DNA of 32,000 nt from contig NC_010655.1 in assembly GCF_000020225.1 (NCBI RefSeq), positions 1,080,001 through 1,112,000 of the forward strand. The letters are read 5' to 3'. Below are positions 18,103 through 26,906 of this stretch, in pieces (within the stretch, counting starts at the first letter, position 1; each line of letters opens with the position of its first letter). The DNA is from Akkermansia muciniphila ATCC BAA-835. Its GTDB lineage: Bacteria; Verrucomicrobiota; Verrucomicrobiia; Verrucomicrobiales; Akkermansiaceae. Made by a program: the position numbers and the translations under genes. The notes beneath the pieces were generated by a model, which was not told the origin of the DNA, ran no database searches, and worked only from the letters and a program-made list of their open reading frames with translations.

Positions 18103-18207
18103 AAAATGCCGCCGGGAACGGACGCGGCAAACACGAACAAGCTACCGTTGCTACCTCTCGGTCCTGGCGGGGTTTGCCAGTCGTGCCTCCACGGGGTTCC
18201 CGGCGGC
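18103..18207 (-). ncRNA. ffs: signal recognition particle RNA (small 4.5S type)
   Basis: The minus strand reads GCCGCCGGGAAC...CCGCCAGGACCGAGAGGUAGCAACGG...GUUCCCGGCGGC-AUUUU. A 12-bp terminal stem (18196-18207 with 18108-18119) closes a hairpin of about 100 nt. The apex, ACC-GAGA-GGU flanked by AGG and AGCA, mirrors the conserved domain IV of E. coli 4.5S RNA (CAGGUCC-GGAA-GGAAGCAGC). A U-tract follows the stem. Confidence 0.72.
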
Positions 18208-18213
18208 TCACCC

Positions 18214-18242
18214 AGTAAACTAGGTTTGCAGTGCAGTGTCAA
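18214..18242 (-). promoter_or_regulatory. sigma-70-like promoter of the SRP RNA
   Basis: The minus strand has TTGACA (18242-18237), a 17-nt spacer and TTTACT (18219-18214). The first base of the terminal stem (18207) lies 7 nt downstream of the -10 element. Confidence 0.6.
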
Positions 18243-18254
18243 CCTTCAAAGACA

Positions 18255-19271
18255 TCATCTCCTTCTGGCGAAAGAGAGCAGAATGGAGATCAGCAATATT
18301 ACGCCGATAACGACTGCCGCCGTGAAGAAAATTTCTTCTTCCTGTCTGAGCCGGCTGCGCTCCTCTTCGAGTTTCGCGTCTCTGACGCGTTGCAGCCCGT
18401 GCAGGGCTTTGGCCTGTTCCTCCACATCCGCCTCCGTTCGCATGACAATCGTTTCCTCATGGCTGACGGCCTGGTCGTAAGGAGCAATCATCGTGCGGAA
18501 TTCGGGGTCTTCCGAAAGTATTTCCGTCTCATCATAATCTTCCGCCAGAGGGGAGTTCATGGTGTTCCGAAGACTGGCGATCTGCCTGTCCACATTGTTT
18601 TGGAACAGGCCCAACTCTCTTTTGGCCTTTTCGTAAGCTTCCGTCTGGTCGCGCAGAGCGGCTTCCCCCTGGTCGGTAATGCGCTCCAGTTCCTGCGGAA
18701 GACTGGCCTGAAGTTTGAGCAGATCCGTCCTGTTCTCCGTCACTTTAAAATTCCTGCTTTTTGTGTTGGACGCCTCCGCGAGCTGGATGCGGTTGATGTC
18801 CAGACGGGTTTCCACCTGGCGTATTTGTTCCTGAAGCCGGTTTCGGGCGCTGTCCAATTGTTGTCTGGTGGCGTCCCTCCTGCTTTTGAGTTCTTCCACT
18901 TCCGCAACGCGCCGGTCATATTGTTCCAGCAGATGGGCTATTCGGGCTTCCGCGCTTCGGGCATTGGGCTTTCCGCTTACGGGAGAGGGCGTCTTTTTCC
19001 CGTCTTTTTCCTGGCCGGCTTGCTTTATTCGAGCATCCCAGTATTTGCGGACGGCTTCTTCCTTCCGTTGAATAGCTTTCTGGAGACGCACCACCTGCTG
19101 TTCGTGAAGTTCCGCGGCTTCATCAAAACGGGCTTGGGCCGCATCCAGCTCCGGGCAGGGTTCCTGCTCCATGGCTTTGAGGGCTTCATGCCTGGGTGCA
19201 AGGCCGTTTTGATAATAATCCCAGCCGTAGTATCCCCCGGCGAGCAACAGGATGAGAAGTAGGTAACGCAT
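18255..19271 (-). CDS. hypothetical coiled-coil protein with hydrophobic helices at both termini
   Basis: The N-terminus is MRYLLLILLLAGGYYGW and the C-terminus is IFFTAAVVIGVILLISILLSF-ARRR. About 280 residues between them are E/K/R/Q/L-rich and heptad-like. The ATG at 19271 sits one codon inside the TTG listed in the track. Confidence 0.7.
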   Translation of the reverse strand: MRYLLLILLLAGGYYGWDYYQNGLAPRHEALKAMEQEPCPELDAAQARFDEAAELHEQQVVRLQKAIQRKEEAVRKYWDARIKQAGQEKDGKKTPSPVSGKPNARSAEARIAHLLEQYDRRVAEVEELKSRRDATRQQLDSARNRLQEQIRQVETRLDINRIQLAEASNTKSRNFKVTENRTDLLKLQASLPQELERITDQGEAALRDQTEAYEKAKRELGLFQNNVDRQIASLRNTMNSPLAEDYDETEILSEDPEFRTMIAPYDQAVSHEETIVMRTEADVEEQAKALHGLQRVRDAKLEEERSRLRQEEEIFFTAAVVIGVILLISILLSFARRR

Positions 19272-19437
19272 CAATGAAAAAAAGGGTAGAGTCAGAAGTA
19301 AATCTCATAGTGGGAATTCCGCCGGATTTTGCAAACTCTAAAATCAGCCATCCGGAGCTTTTCCCCTCAATAGGGAGAATGATGATAAATTCACTCCGGA
19401 GGGGGCGTAGTTTTCCTTGAAGCCATACTTTCAAGCC

Positions 19438-20859
19438 ATGTCTATTTTCTCATCACGCAGACAATTTCTCAAATCTTTGGGGCTTGCGGCCGGAGCGGCT
19501 GCCGCCGGAAATGCCCTCCCTGGGAAGGCTGTGGAAATCCCTGCCGGAGACCATCTCTGGAAATCCGCCTCTCCGGCGGCTCCGAGGCCTTCCGGTTCCA
19601 CATACATGGGAGGGTTCAAGGCTCCCCGGCTGGGTCGCATCAGGCTGGCCTTCATCGGCGTGGGAGGGCGCGGGTTCTCCCACCTGGCGCAAATGTGCGT
19701 GATGGATGGAGTGGAAATCGTGGGCATATGTGATTTGAAGGAAGAGTTGACGAAACGCGGCGTGGATCGCGTGCTCTCCAGAATGGGGAAAAGCCCTTTG
19801 GGCTATTCCGGCGGCGATATGGAATACCTGACCATGCTGAAGGAGCTGAAGCCGGATGCCGTCATCATCAGTACGGATTGGAGTTCGCATGCCAGAATCG
19901 CCTGCGACAGCATGAAGCACGGCGCTCACGCCTTTGTGGAAGTTCCTCTGGCCGTCTCTCTGGAGGAGCTCTGGAGCCTGGTGGATACCAGCGAGGCCAC
20001 CAGGAAACATTGCATGATGATGGAAAACGTCAACTATGGGCGGGATGAACTCATGTTCCTGAACATGGTCCGGCAGGGCGTCATCGGCGATTTGCTTCAC
20101 GGGGAGGCCGCGTATATCCATTGCCTGGTGACGCAGCTGGGGGACACGCGCGGGGAAGGGGCCTGGCGGCCGGAATATCATACCAGAATCAATGGCAACC
20201 TGTACCCCACCCACGGGTTGGGGCCGGTGGCTCAATATATGAATTTGGAGCGTGGAGAGGACCGTTTCTGCCGTGTGGCGGCGTTCGCTTCTCCTGCTCT
20301 CGGGCGCAATGCCTACGCTAAAAAGCATCTTCCCGCCGATCACCGCTGGAACAATACTCCATTCATCTGCGGTGACATGAATACGGCTGTTGTCAAGACG
20401 CAGCTGGGGCGGACCATTCTTGTCCAGCTGGATGAGACGTCCCCCCGGCCTTACTCCCGCGCCAACCTGATCCAGGGAACGGAGGGCACGCTGGCTGGTT
20501 TCCCAACCCGCGTGGCGGGTGAAAAGCTGGGCAACGGCAATTATCATGAATGGATTGAAGGCAGGGAAAAACTGGCCGCTATTTATGAAAAATACGATCA
20601 TCCCCTCTGGAAACGCATCGGGGAGCTGGCCACGAAAATGGGCGGTCACGGCGGTATGGACTTTGTGATGCTTTCCCGCATCGTGGAATGCCTCCGGAAC
20701 GGAGAACCAATGGATCAGAACGTTTACGAAGGAGCTTCCTGGTCTTCCCTGCTGCCGTTGACAGCCCGTTCCATCGCCCAGGGCGGGATGCCTGTGGAAT
20801 TTCCGGATTTTACCCGCGGAGACTGGAAAACCACCATGCCGCTGGCCGTGGTTTCATGA
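19438..20859 (+). CDS. Tat-exported Gfo/Idh/MocA-fold NAD-dependent enzyme, GH109-like (putative alpha-N-acetylgalactosaminidase)
   Basis: It has a twin-arginine signal (SRRQFLKSLGLAAGAAAAG) and a Rossmann motif (IGVGGRG). The size and blocks (MMMENVNYGRDEL, LYPTHGLGP, GGHGGMD) match my recollection of GH109 enzymes. The oxidoreductase fold is secure, but the GH109 assignment is less so. Confidence 0.75.
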   Translation: MSIFSSRRQFLKSLGLAAGAAAAGNALPGKAVEIPAGDHLWKSASPAAPRPSGSTYMGGFKAPRLGRIRLAFIGVGGRGFSHLAQMCVMDGVEIVGICDLKEELTKRGVDRVLSRMGKSPLGYSGGDMEYLTMLKELKPDAVIISTDWSSHARIACDSMKHGAHAFVEVPLAVSLEELWSLVDTSEATRKHCMMMENVNYGRDELMFLNMVRQGVIGDLLHGEAAYIHCLVTQLGDTRGEGAWRPEYHTRINGNLYPTHGLGPVAQYMNLERGEDRFCRVAAFASPALGRNAYAKKHLPADHRWNNTPFICGDMNTAVVKTQLGRTILVQLDETSPRPYSRANLIQGTEGTLAGFPTRVAGEKLGNGNYHEWIEGREKLAAIYEKYDHPLWKRIGELATKMGGHGGMDFVMLSRIVECLRNGEPMDQNVYEGASWSSLLPLTARSIAQGGMPVEFPDFTRGDWKTTMPLAVVS

Positions 20860-20932
20860 ATAACGCCGGGGATGAAGGGGCGCTGCCCTCTTCCGGAGAG
20901 TTCAGGAAAGAATCCGTTCTTACGCAGGGTGC

Positions 20933-23620
20933 TCAGCAAGGACTGCCGGAAAACAGATTGTTTAATTCTTCCGCGCTCATGTTCATGAGCCATTGTTCGG
21001 GGCCTCCGGAGAACAGGTCGTCCGCCATGCGGCGCTTGTCCTTGAGCATGGCGTCAATGCGGTCCTCAATGGTGCCCCGGCAGATCAGGCGGTGCACGAG
21101 TACGTTCCGGTGCTGCCCGATGCGGTAGGCCCGGTCCGTGGCCTGGTTTTCTACAGCGGGGTTCCACCAGCGGTCCACATGGATGACGTGGGATGCCTGG
21201 GTCAGCGTCAGGCCGGTTCCGGCGGCTTTCAGGGACAGGATGCAGAAGGGAGGGCCGGATTCCTTCTGGAAGGCGGTGACGATGTTCTGGCGTTCCGGAA
21301 TAGGCGTTCCCCCGTGCAGGGTAAGCCCGGAACGGCCGAAGACTCCGGACAGGAGATCGTGCAGATGGGGAATGATGGAGCGGAACTGGGTAAAGAGAAT
21401 GGTTTTTTCCTGCCTGGCGGCAATGGAGGCGCACAGTTCCTGAAGCCGCCGGAACTTTCCGGAGCGTTCCGGCGCATAATCGTCCGTGCCCTGGAACTGG
21501 GCGGGGTGGTTGCAGATCTGCTTGAGGCGTGCCAGAATGGGTAAAATCAGCATCAGGCGGGCAGCTGGGTCCGGTTCGTCCAGTACGGCATGCAGCATGT
21601 CTATCTGTGCTTGGTACAAGGCGGCCTGTTCCGGCGTGAGGGAGCAATAGGCCGGTATTTCCATTTTGTCCGGCAGGTCGGGAACCAGCGCCGGATCCGT
21701 TTTCATTCTGCGCAGGATGAAGGGGCGCACCAGGCGTCGCAGCGGGGCATAACCGCGTTCCAGGGAACGGGTGAAGGATTCGAAGCTTTTTCTGCTGCCC
21801 AGCAGCCCCGGATTCAGAAATTCCATCAGGCTCCAGAGTTCATTCAGGTTATTTTCCACCGGCGTGCCGGACAGGGCTATGCGTCGTTCCCCATGCAGGG
21901 AACGGATGGCGCGGGAACGGGCGGAGCCTGCGTTTTTAATAGCCTGGGCTTCATCCAGAATAATGGCCGGGAAATGCAGTTCGGCCAGGGCGGACGTGCG
22001 TGCAGCCATGCCATACGTAGTGATGACGGCGTGGCAGTCTTTCCGGCGCAGGGTATTTTCCGGCTGCCACGGGTCCGGGGAGGAAGGGTGCATGATGCGC
22101 AGGATAAGCTCCGGAGCGAAGCGTTGCGCTTCCTCTTTCCAGTTGGACAGGAGGGAGGCCGGAGCCACAATCAGAGCCGGCAGGCCCTCCAGCCGGCCTT
22201 TTCTCCGCAATGCGTCCAGCCACGCAATAGCCTGAAGGGTTTTTCCCAGCCCCATATCATCCGCCAGGCAGGCGCCGAAACCCCGTTCCGTAATCCGGTA
22301 AAGGAAAGAGAACCCTTCTTTCTGGTAAGGGCGCATCAGGGCGTCCAGCCGGGAAGGAAGCTCCGGTATGGAGACTGGGACTTTCCCCGCCAGGATGTCC
22401 AGGGTCTGCCGGAGGTTTTGCCCCGGTGCCATGACACAGTCTTCGTCCGGTTCCGGAATCTGTACAAGCTGGCCGGAAGGGCCGTTAACCAGCATTCTCA
22501 GACCCTGGACCAGAGGGATGCCGAGGGAGCTCATCATACGTGCTGCTTGATTCCACCGGTCCATTAAGTCCCGGACCTTTCGGGCGTCCACACGCACCCA
22601 TTCCCCCTTGAAGCGGATCAGGCCGTCTCCGTTGCTGAGCAATTCCCCCAGCTCCTCCGGGGTCAAGTCTTTGCCTCCCAGAGTGGCGGATACGGAAAAT
22701 TTCAGCAGACTGCGGACGGAAAGCCCGGAAGAATGAACCGTTTTTTCACTTCCGGATGCGTCTGCCGTAACTTTTACCTGTAGTTTGGGAGGGGGTTTTT
22801 TCCATAGGTTCACCATGCGCACAATGATGCCTGCGCGTTCGTAGAGCGGCGTGTCCTGCAGAAAATCCCGGGCCTCCGGAGCGCTCCAGGCCATCGGCGT
22901 ATAAATTTTTCCGTTATCCAGCAGGCGCTTCAGCAGGGGGCTTTCCTGCGCCGCTTCTTTTAAGGGCTGGAGTACGGCCAGCAAGGCGGTGTAATTCCCT
23001 TCATGAAGTTTCAGGGCGGTGGCAAGGGGGAGGTGGCGCACCTGGTTGTCCGCAGCGCTTTGATGCGCAAAGGTAGCCATGAAAGCAAAGGGGCGGGAGC
23101 CTGTGGCGTCATCCCGGTTTTCCGCAAGGTGGAAAAATACCTTGCCTATCTGGTTCCAGGGCGCGCCCAGGCCGTTCAACCATTCGGCGGGGGTAATGCC
23201 TCGGGCGCGGATTTCCTTTGCTATTGCCTTCCGCAAATCTTCAAACCATCCGGCAATGATGTCCGGAGTGGCATATTCCGCGCCCGGTACGGGGGGAAAT
23301 TGCTCCGCCAGAAAGGCTTTTTCCGTAGCGGAGGCCAGCAGGTGGTCCAGAACGGCATCTACCTCGTCCGGCCTTTCTGCGGCAGCGTGCGCCATGCGGG
23401 TAAGCGCCTGGCGCGCCATGTTCTTGATAAAGAAGGCGCCCGGATCCGAAACGGTTTCCCAGTTGGATACCGCCAGGGCATACAGCCCGTTTCCGGTTCC
23501 TTCTTCAAACAGACGGTCGAAAGGCGGTGTGTCCGTCACCAAAGCACCGGAGGGGAGGATGCGGAAACCATTGATATTCCGTTTCTCTTCCGGTACTGCA
23601 TGATAGGGATCCGGCTGCAT
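20933..23620 (-). CDS. SNF2-family DNA-dependent ATPase/helicase with a long N-terminal bacterial SNF2-associated domain (HelZ/YwqA-like)
   Basis: It has helicase motif I (LADDMGLGKT), motif II (DEAQAIKN), a C-terminal helicase block (LSLKAAGTGLTLT...DRWWNPAVE.QA.DRAYRIGQ) and an N-terminal region of about 420 aa containing GLIRFKGEWVRVD. Confidence 0.9.
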   Translation of the reverse strand: MQPDPYHAVPEEKRNINGFRILPSGALVTDTPPFDRLFEEGTGNGLYALAVSNWETVSDPGAFFIKNMARQALTRMAHAAAERPDEVDAVLDHLLASATEKAFLAEQFPPVPGAEYATPDIIAGWFEDLRKAIAKEIRARGITPAEWLNGLGAPWNQIGKVFFHLAENRDDATGSRPFAFMATFAHQSAADNQVRHLPLATALKLHEGNYTALLAVLQPLKEAAQESPLLKRLLDNGKIYTPMAWSAPEARDFLQDTPLYERAGIIVRMVNLWKKPPPKLQVKVTADASGSEKTVHSSGLSVRSLLKFSVSATLGGKDLTPEELGELLSNGDGLIRFKGEWVRVDARKVRDLMDRWNQAARMMSSLGIPLVQGLRMLVNGPSGQLVQIPEPDEDCVMAPGQNLRQTLDILAGKVPVSIPELPSRLDALMRPYQKEGFSFLYRITERGFGACLADDMGLGKTLQAIAWLDALRRKGRLEGLPALIVAPASLLSNWKEEAQRFAPELILRIMHPSSPDPWQPENTLRRKDCHAVITTYGMAARTSALAELHFPAIILDEAQAIKNAGSARSRAIRSLHGERRIALSGTPVENNLNELWSLMEFLNPGLLGSRKSFESFTRSLERGYAPLRRLVRPFILRRMKTDPALVPDLPDKMEIPAYCSLTPEQAALYQAQIDMLHAVLDEPDPAARLMLILPILARLKQICNHPAQFQGTDDYAPERSGKFRRLQELCASIAARQEKTILFTQFRSIIPHLHDLLSGVFGRSGLTLHGGTPIPERQNIVTAFQKESGPPFCILSLKAAGTGLTLTQASHVIHVDRWWNPAVENQATDRAYRIGQHRNVLVHRLICRGTIEDRIDAMLKDKRRMADDLFSGGPEQWLMNMSAEELNNLFSGSPC

Positions 23621-23657
23621 GGCTGGCGGGAATGTAGCGTGTGCTTGCAGCCGTAGT

Positions 23658-25115
23658 TCACAGGGCGAACGTCGTATCTTTGATGATAGGTAGCTTGGAC
23701 GGCGGAGGATTGAGCAGCTCCTTGATTTGTTTCAGGTAATCAATCAGGGCTTTGCGGACATCTATTCCCGTCGGTTTGCCGTTCCCCCGTTGGGGGAATA
23801 TGAAATTGCTGCACAGGTAGTCTCCCATCGCGACAGTGTAAATGACCCCGTTTTTCAAGGTGCTGGTAATGCTGGGCGTAACACCGTCCATGATCTGGTA
23901 GGAGAATCCGGAGCAGTACACTTCCAGAACGCCTCCTTCGTCATCGGTCGGAGACATGAATTTGGACAGGATCAGTTGTTCAATGTCCGCTTTACTCATG
24001 GAGCAGGTGACGATCTTTTCCCGGAAGGGTTCCAGCTCGTAAATGTCCCTGATGGTAACGGGTCCTTTGTTAAGATGGTTTTTGGACCGTACTCCGCCGC
24101 GGTTGTAAATGGCAATATCCGAATGGGAGGCCTGCTGAATGGCCTTGCAGAAAAGGGTGCCTATGGTGACGTGCGTGATTTCTTCTCCGGCGACGCCCAC
24201 TTGCTGGTTGAAAAGCGGATTTCCGGAAAATCGGCGGACAATTTCCTTTACTTCCGGGTCATCGGGAATTTCCTCATTCAAAGAAACGGCCCTGGTTGAT
24301 TTGGAAAGGATGGAGACGGGATGTTCCGTGGAGAAAATAATTTCCGTAACGCCTACATGGCTCAGGCTGTGTCCCGTGTGGCTGAGCAGGGTTCCGGTTC
24401 TGAGATGACCGCTGGGCAGCATGACATGGGTATGGCCTCCAAGAATGACGTCGATATTCGGAGAATACTTCATCATTTTCAGATCATTGCCGTATCCCAG
24501 ATGGCTGAGGATGACGTTGATGGTATTATGGTGGAGCCGGAACCTGTCCGTGATTCCCTTGTAGTCTTCTTCATCCGGCAGCTTCCATGAGATGCCGGTC
24601 ATCCTCCTCACATCCGTGGTTTGAAGGTCTGCCAGTCCTATGACCCCTACGGAAATGGACGTTCCTTTAATCGGGATGCTGACATACGGAGAAAAACAGT
24701 TTTCCAGAGTTGGGGAAAGGCTGGCGTTGGTAATGACAAACTTGGTGGAGGGCATTCCCTTGATATGGTCGCGCAGGGCCTCCTGCCCGTAATCCAGATC
24801 ATGGTTTCCGATGGTCACTACATCATACCCCAGCTTGTTCATCAGGATAGTAAGGGGTTCGCCCCGTTTTTCACAGTCGTCCACATAGGGATTGCCTATG
24901 AAATAATCACCTGAATCCACCAGCAGCACGTGCGGATATTTAGCGCGGTATTGCTTTACCAGTGTGGCCAGTCTTGGGAAATTGTCCAGATTGCCGTGGA
25001 TATCGCTGGTAGAAATGATAATCAGCGTTTTATCGGGATCCGATTTAGGCTCCTGAGCCAGAGAGAACGGGTACAGGCATGCCAGGGAGGCAAGAACAAT
25101 GCGGAGCGGAATCAT
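23658..25115 (-). CDS. secreted bifunctional metallophosphatase / 5'-nucleotidase (UshA-like)
   Basis: It has a signal peptide (MIPLRIVLASLACLYPFSLAQ), calcineurin-like motifs (STSDIHG, DSGD, GNHDLDYG, GGHTH) and a C-terminal 5'-nucleotidase-like domain. Confidence 0.85.
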   Translation of the reverse strand: MIPLRIVLASLACLYPFSLAQEPKSDPDKTLIIISTSDIHGNLDNFPRLATLVKQYRAKYPHVLLVDSGDYFIGNPYVDDCEKRGEPLTILMNKLGYDVVTIGNHDLDYGQEALRDHIKGMPSTKFVITNASLSPTLENCFSPYVSIPIKGTSISVGVIGLADLQTTDVRRMTGISWKLPDEEDYKGITDRFRLHHNTINVILSHLGYGNDLKMMKYSPNIDVILGGHTHVMLPSGHLRTGTLLSHTGHSLSHVGVTEIIFSTEHPVSILSKSTRAVSLNEEIPDDPEVKEIVRRFSGNPLFNQQVGVAGEEITHVTIGTLFCKAIQQASHSDIAIYNRGGVRSKNHLNKGPVTIRDIYELEPFREKIVTCSMSKADIEQLILSKFMSPTDDEGGVLEVYCSGFSYQIMDGVTPSITSTLKNGVIYTVAMGDYLCSNFIFPQRGNGKPTGIDVRKALIDYLKQIKELLNPPPSKLPIIKDTTFAL

Positions 25116-25157
25116 GCAGGGTAAAATGATAAATATACGGAAAAGGATGAGATGGGA

Positions 25158-25679
25158 TTAACGGGCGGAAACCTCATGCGGGCCGTCACCCACGGAGATG
25201 ACTTCCAGACGGACCCTGGATACGCCGCGTCTATGCAGGCCGATGCGGCTTGCGGCGGCGGTGGTGAGGTCTATCAGGCGGTTGCTGTGAAAAGGCCCGC
25301 GGTTGTTGATCCTGACGACGGTTGATTTGCCGGTTTCCAGGCAGGTGACTTTCACCTTGCACGGCATCGGCAGGGTTTTGTGGGCCGCCGTCATGGAACG
25401 CTGGGGATTGATGTATTCTCCGGAAGATGTCTTCAGGCGGCGCGCTTTGCCGCCATACCAGGAGGCATAGCCGGTCTCATGGTATTGCAGGGCATCCGCC
25501 ACGCTCATGGGAGTATACCTTTTTCCACGCACCCGGTAGGGCGCATTTTTGACATGCGCCTCTGCCTCCTGAACGGATGGCTCCGTTTTCTGAGCGCACT
25601 TCTCCGTAGTGGAGCAGCCCGGCATCAGAAAAAGCAACAGGACGGGGAGGAACCATTTCACGCTTTTTACGTTTAACAC
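25158..25679 (-). CDS. rlpA: RlpA-family (rare lipoprotein A, double-psi beta-barrel) lipoprotein
   Basis: It has the lipobox LMPGC and DPBB blocks (GYASWYG, MTAAHKTLPMPCKVKV, VVRINNRGPF). The start is a GTG at 25679, with an alternative GTG at 25661 that would give MKWFLPVLLLFLMPGC. Confidence 0.85.
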   Translation of the reverse strand: MLNVKSVKWFLPVLLLFLMPGCSTTEKCAQKTEPSVQEAEAHVKNAPYRVRGKRYTPMSVADALQYHETGYASWYGGKARRLKTSSGEYINPQRSMTAAHKTLPMPCKVKVTCLETGKSTVVRINNRGPFHSNRLIDLTTAAASRIGLHRRGVSRVRLEVISVGDGPHEVSAR

Positions 25680-25798
25680 ATATTGATGGTTTTGTATAAC
25701 AAAAAAGGAACAAGAGTTGAAATTTAAGGAATAGAGCAGGGCGGAACAATCTTTTCCCGGTTGCGGTTTACCAGTTGAGTGGCCCGGAAAAATGCAGT

Positions 25799-26683
25799 AT
25801 GATCTCCCGCATGAATCCTTCCAAGGTAATCGGCCTGGTCGCTCTGGCGGAAAAACCGGGACTGGGGGAAGCGTTGCGCATCATGCGCCGGGAACTTTCC
25901 CGCCACGGGCTGGGCTCCTGCGTCATTGAAACGCCGGATGCTCTGGAACGGGCTATCGGACGGTGCGGCATGCTGGTGACCTTCGGAGGGGACGGTACCA
26001 TGCTGACCGTCTCTTCTCTGGCGGCCATGCACCGCGTTCCCCTGGCGGGAGTGAACCTGGGCCGGCTGGGGTTCATGACCACCTGTTCCGTGCAGGAACT
26101 GCCGCTTCTGGCGTATGCCCTTCAGGAAGGTTCCTACCTGACGGATGAACGTTCCATGCTTGAAGTGGTCCGGGTGGGGGAAGACGGCGTTGCGGCACCT
26201 CCGCGCAAGCTGGCCTTGAATGAAGTTTCCCTGATCCGCGCCCAGTCCGGCAAGATGGTGGACCTGGATGCGGAGATAGACGGAGAATTGCTGAACCGCT
26301 ACCATGCGGACGGCGTTCTGGTTTCCACCCCCACCGGCTCCACGGCATACTCCCTTTCCGCCGGGGGGCCTCTGGTCTGGCCCATGTCCCGTGTCGTATG
26401 CGTCACCCCCATCTGCCCGCACAGCCTGACCAATCGTTCCGTGGTGCTTCCTGACAACATGACCATACGCCTGCGGCCCCGCGAGCGCCGCGGCCGCTTT
26501 GACTCCATGGTCTATTCCCTGGACGGCCGTTCCGCCTATCCCATCGAAGTGGGAGAAAGCCTGGTAATCCGGAAGGCGCCGGAAACGCTTTCCCTGGTTC
26601 ATCTCCGGAAGCAGAATTTCGGCGCCCTGCTGAGGGCCAAGCTGCGGTGGCAGGGGGCGGAAATCCCCTCGGACGATGAATAG
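25799..26683 (+). CDS. nadK: NAD(+) kinase
   Basis: It has the GGDGTML motif, NLGRLGF, and the downstream blocks ADGVLVSTPTGSTAYSLSAGGP and P.HSL. The start is the ATG at 25799 or at 25811. Confidence 0.92.
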   Translation: MISRMNPSKVIGLVALAEKPGLGEALRIMRRELSRHGLGSCVIETPDALERAIGRCGMLVTFGGDGTMLTVSSLAAMHRVPLAGVNLGRLGFMTTCSVQELPLLAYALQEGSYLTDERSMLEVVRVGEDGVAAPPRKLALNEVSLIRAQSGKMVDLDAEIDGELLNRYHADGVLVSTPTGSTAYSLSAGGPLVWPMSRVVCVTPICPHSLTNRSVVLPDNMTIRLRPRERRGRFDSMVYSLDGRSAYPIEVGESLVIRKAPETLSLVHLRKQNFGALLRAKLRWQGAEIPSDDE

Positions 26684-26760
26684 GCCGTTGCGGAAGGCCG
26701 GCCTCCGGCGGGCTGTCCCCTCACTGTGGAATTCCTGCATCCGGGAACGGTTTCCCATTT

Positions 26761-26801
26761 ATCGTTCCGCATTGGCGCAGGGGCGGTAAAACGATTTTTT
26801 T
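26761..26801 (+). terminator. candidate intrinsic terminator after nadK
   Basis: ATCGTTCCGC (26761-26770) pairs with GCGG-TAA-AACGAT (26783-26795, with a 3-nt bulge). A run of seven T follows at 26795-26801. Confidence 0.5.
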
Positions 26802-26906
26802 AGGATGCGGGCTTGACGAAAAGGCCTATCCTATAATACTCTTCCTGCCCTGCCACCAAGGGGGTGGTAGATCTTAATCGCATAAACGCGTAAGAAATAG
26901 TCATAT

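Noticed and set aside
18045-18242. A 66-residue N-terminal extension of FolC in the ORF track (start at 18242).
   Set aside because: The extension is proline/glycine-rich and not protein-like. FolC homology begins at the ATG at 18044, and the stretch is better explained by the SRP RNA gene and its promoter.
20933-23620. The SNF2 helicase as part of a phage-defence system of the Zorya ZorD, DISARM DrmD or BREX type.
   Set aside because: None of the required partner genes is adjacent (ZorABC, DrmABC/methylase, PglX/PglZ and so on). The N-terminal domain matches the housekeeping HelZ/YwqA-like bacterial SNF2 family, and both neighbours are exported envelope enzymes.
26813-26837. Near-consensus TTGACG and TATAAT hexamers upstream of rplX, considered as a called promoter feature.
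   Set aside because: The spacer is only 13 nt, against an optimum of 16-18 for sigma-70. I mention it in a finding but do not assert it as a feature.
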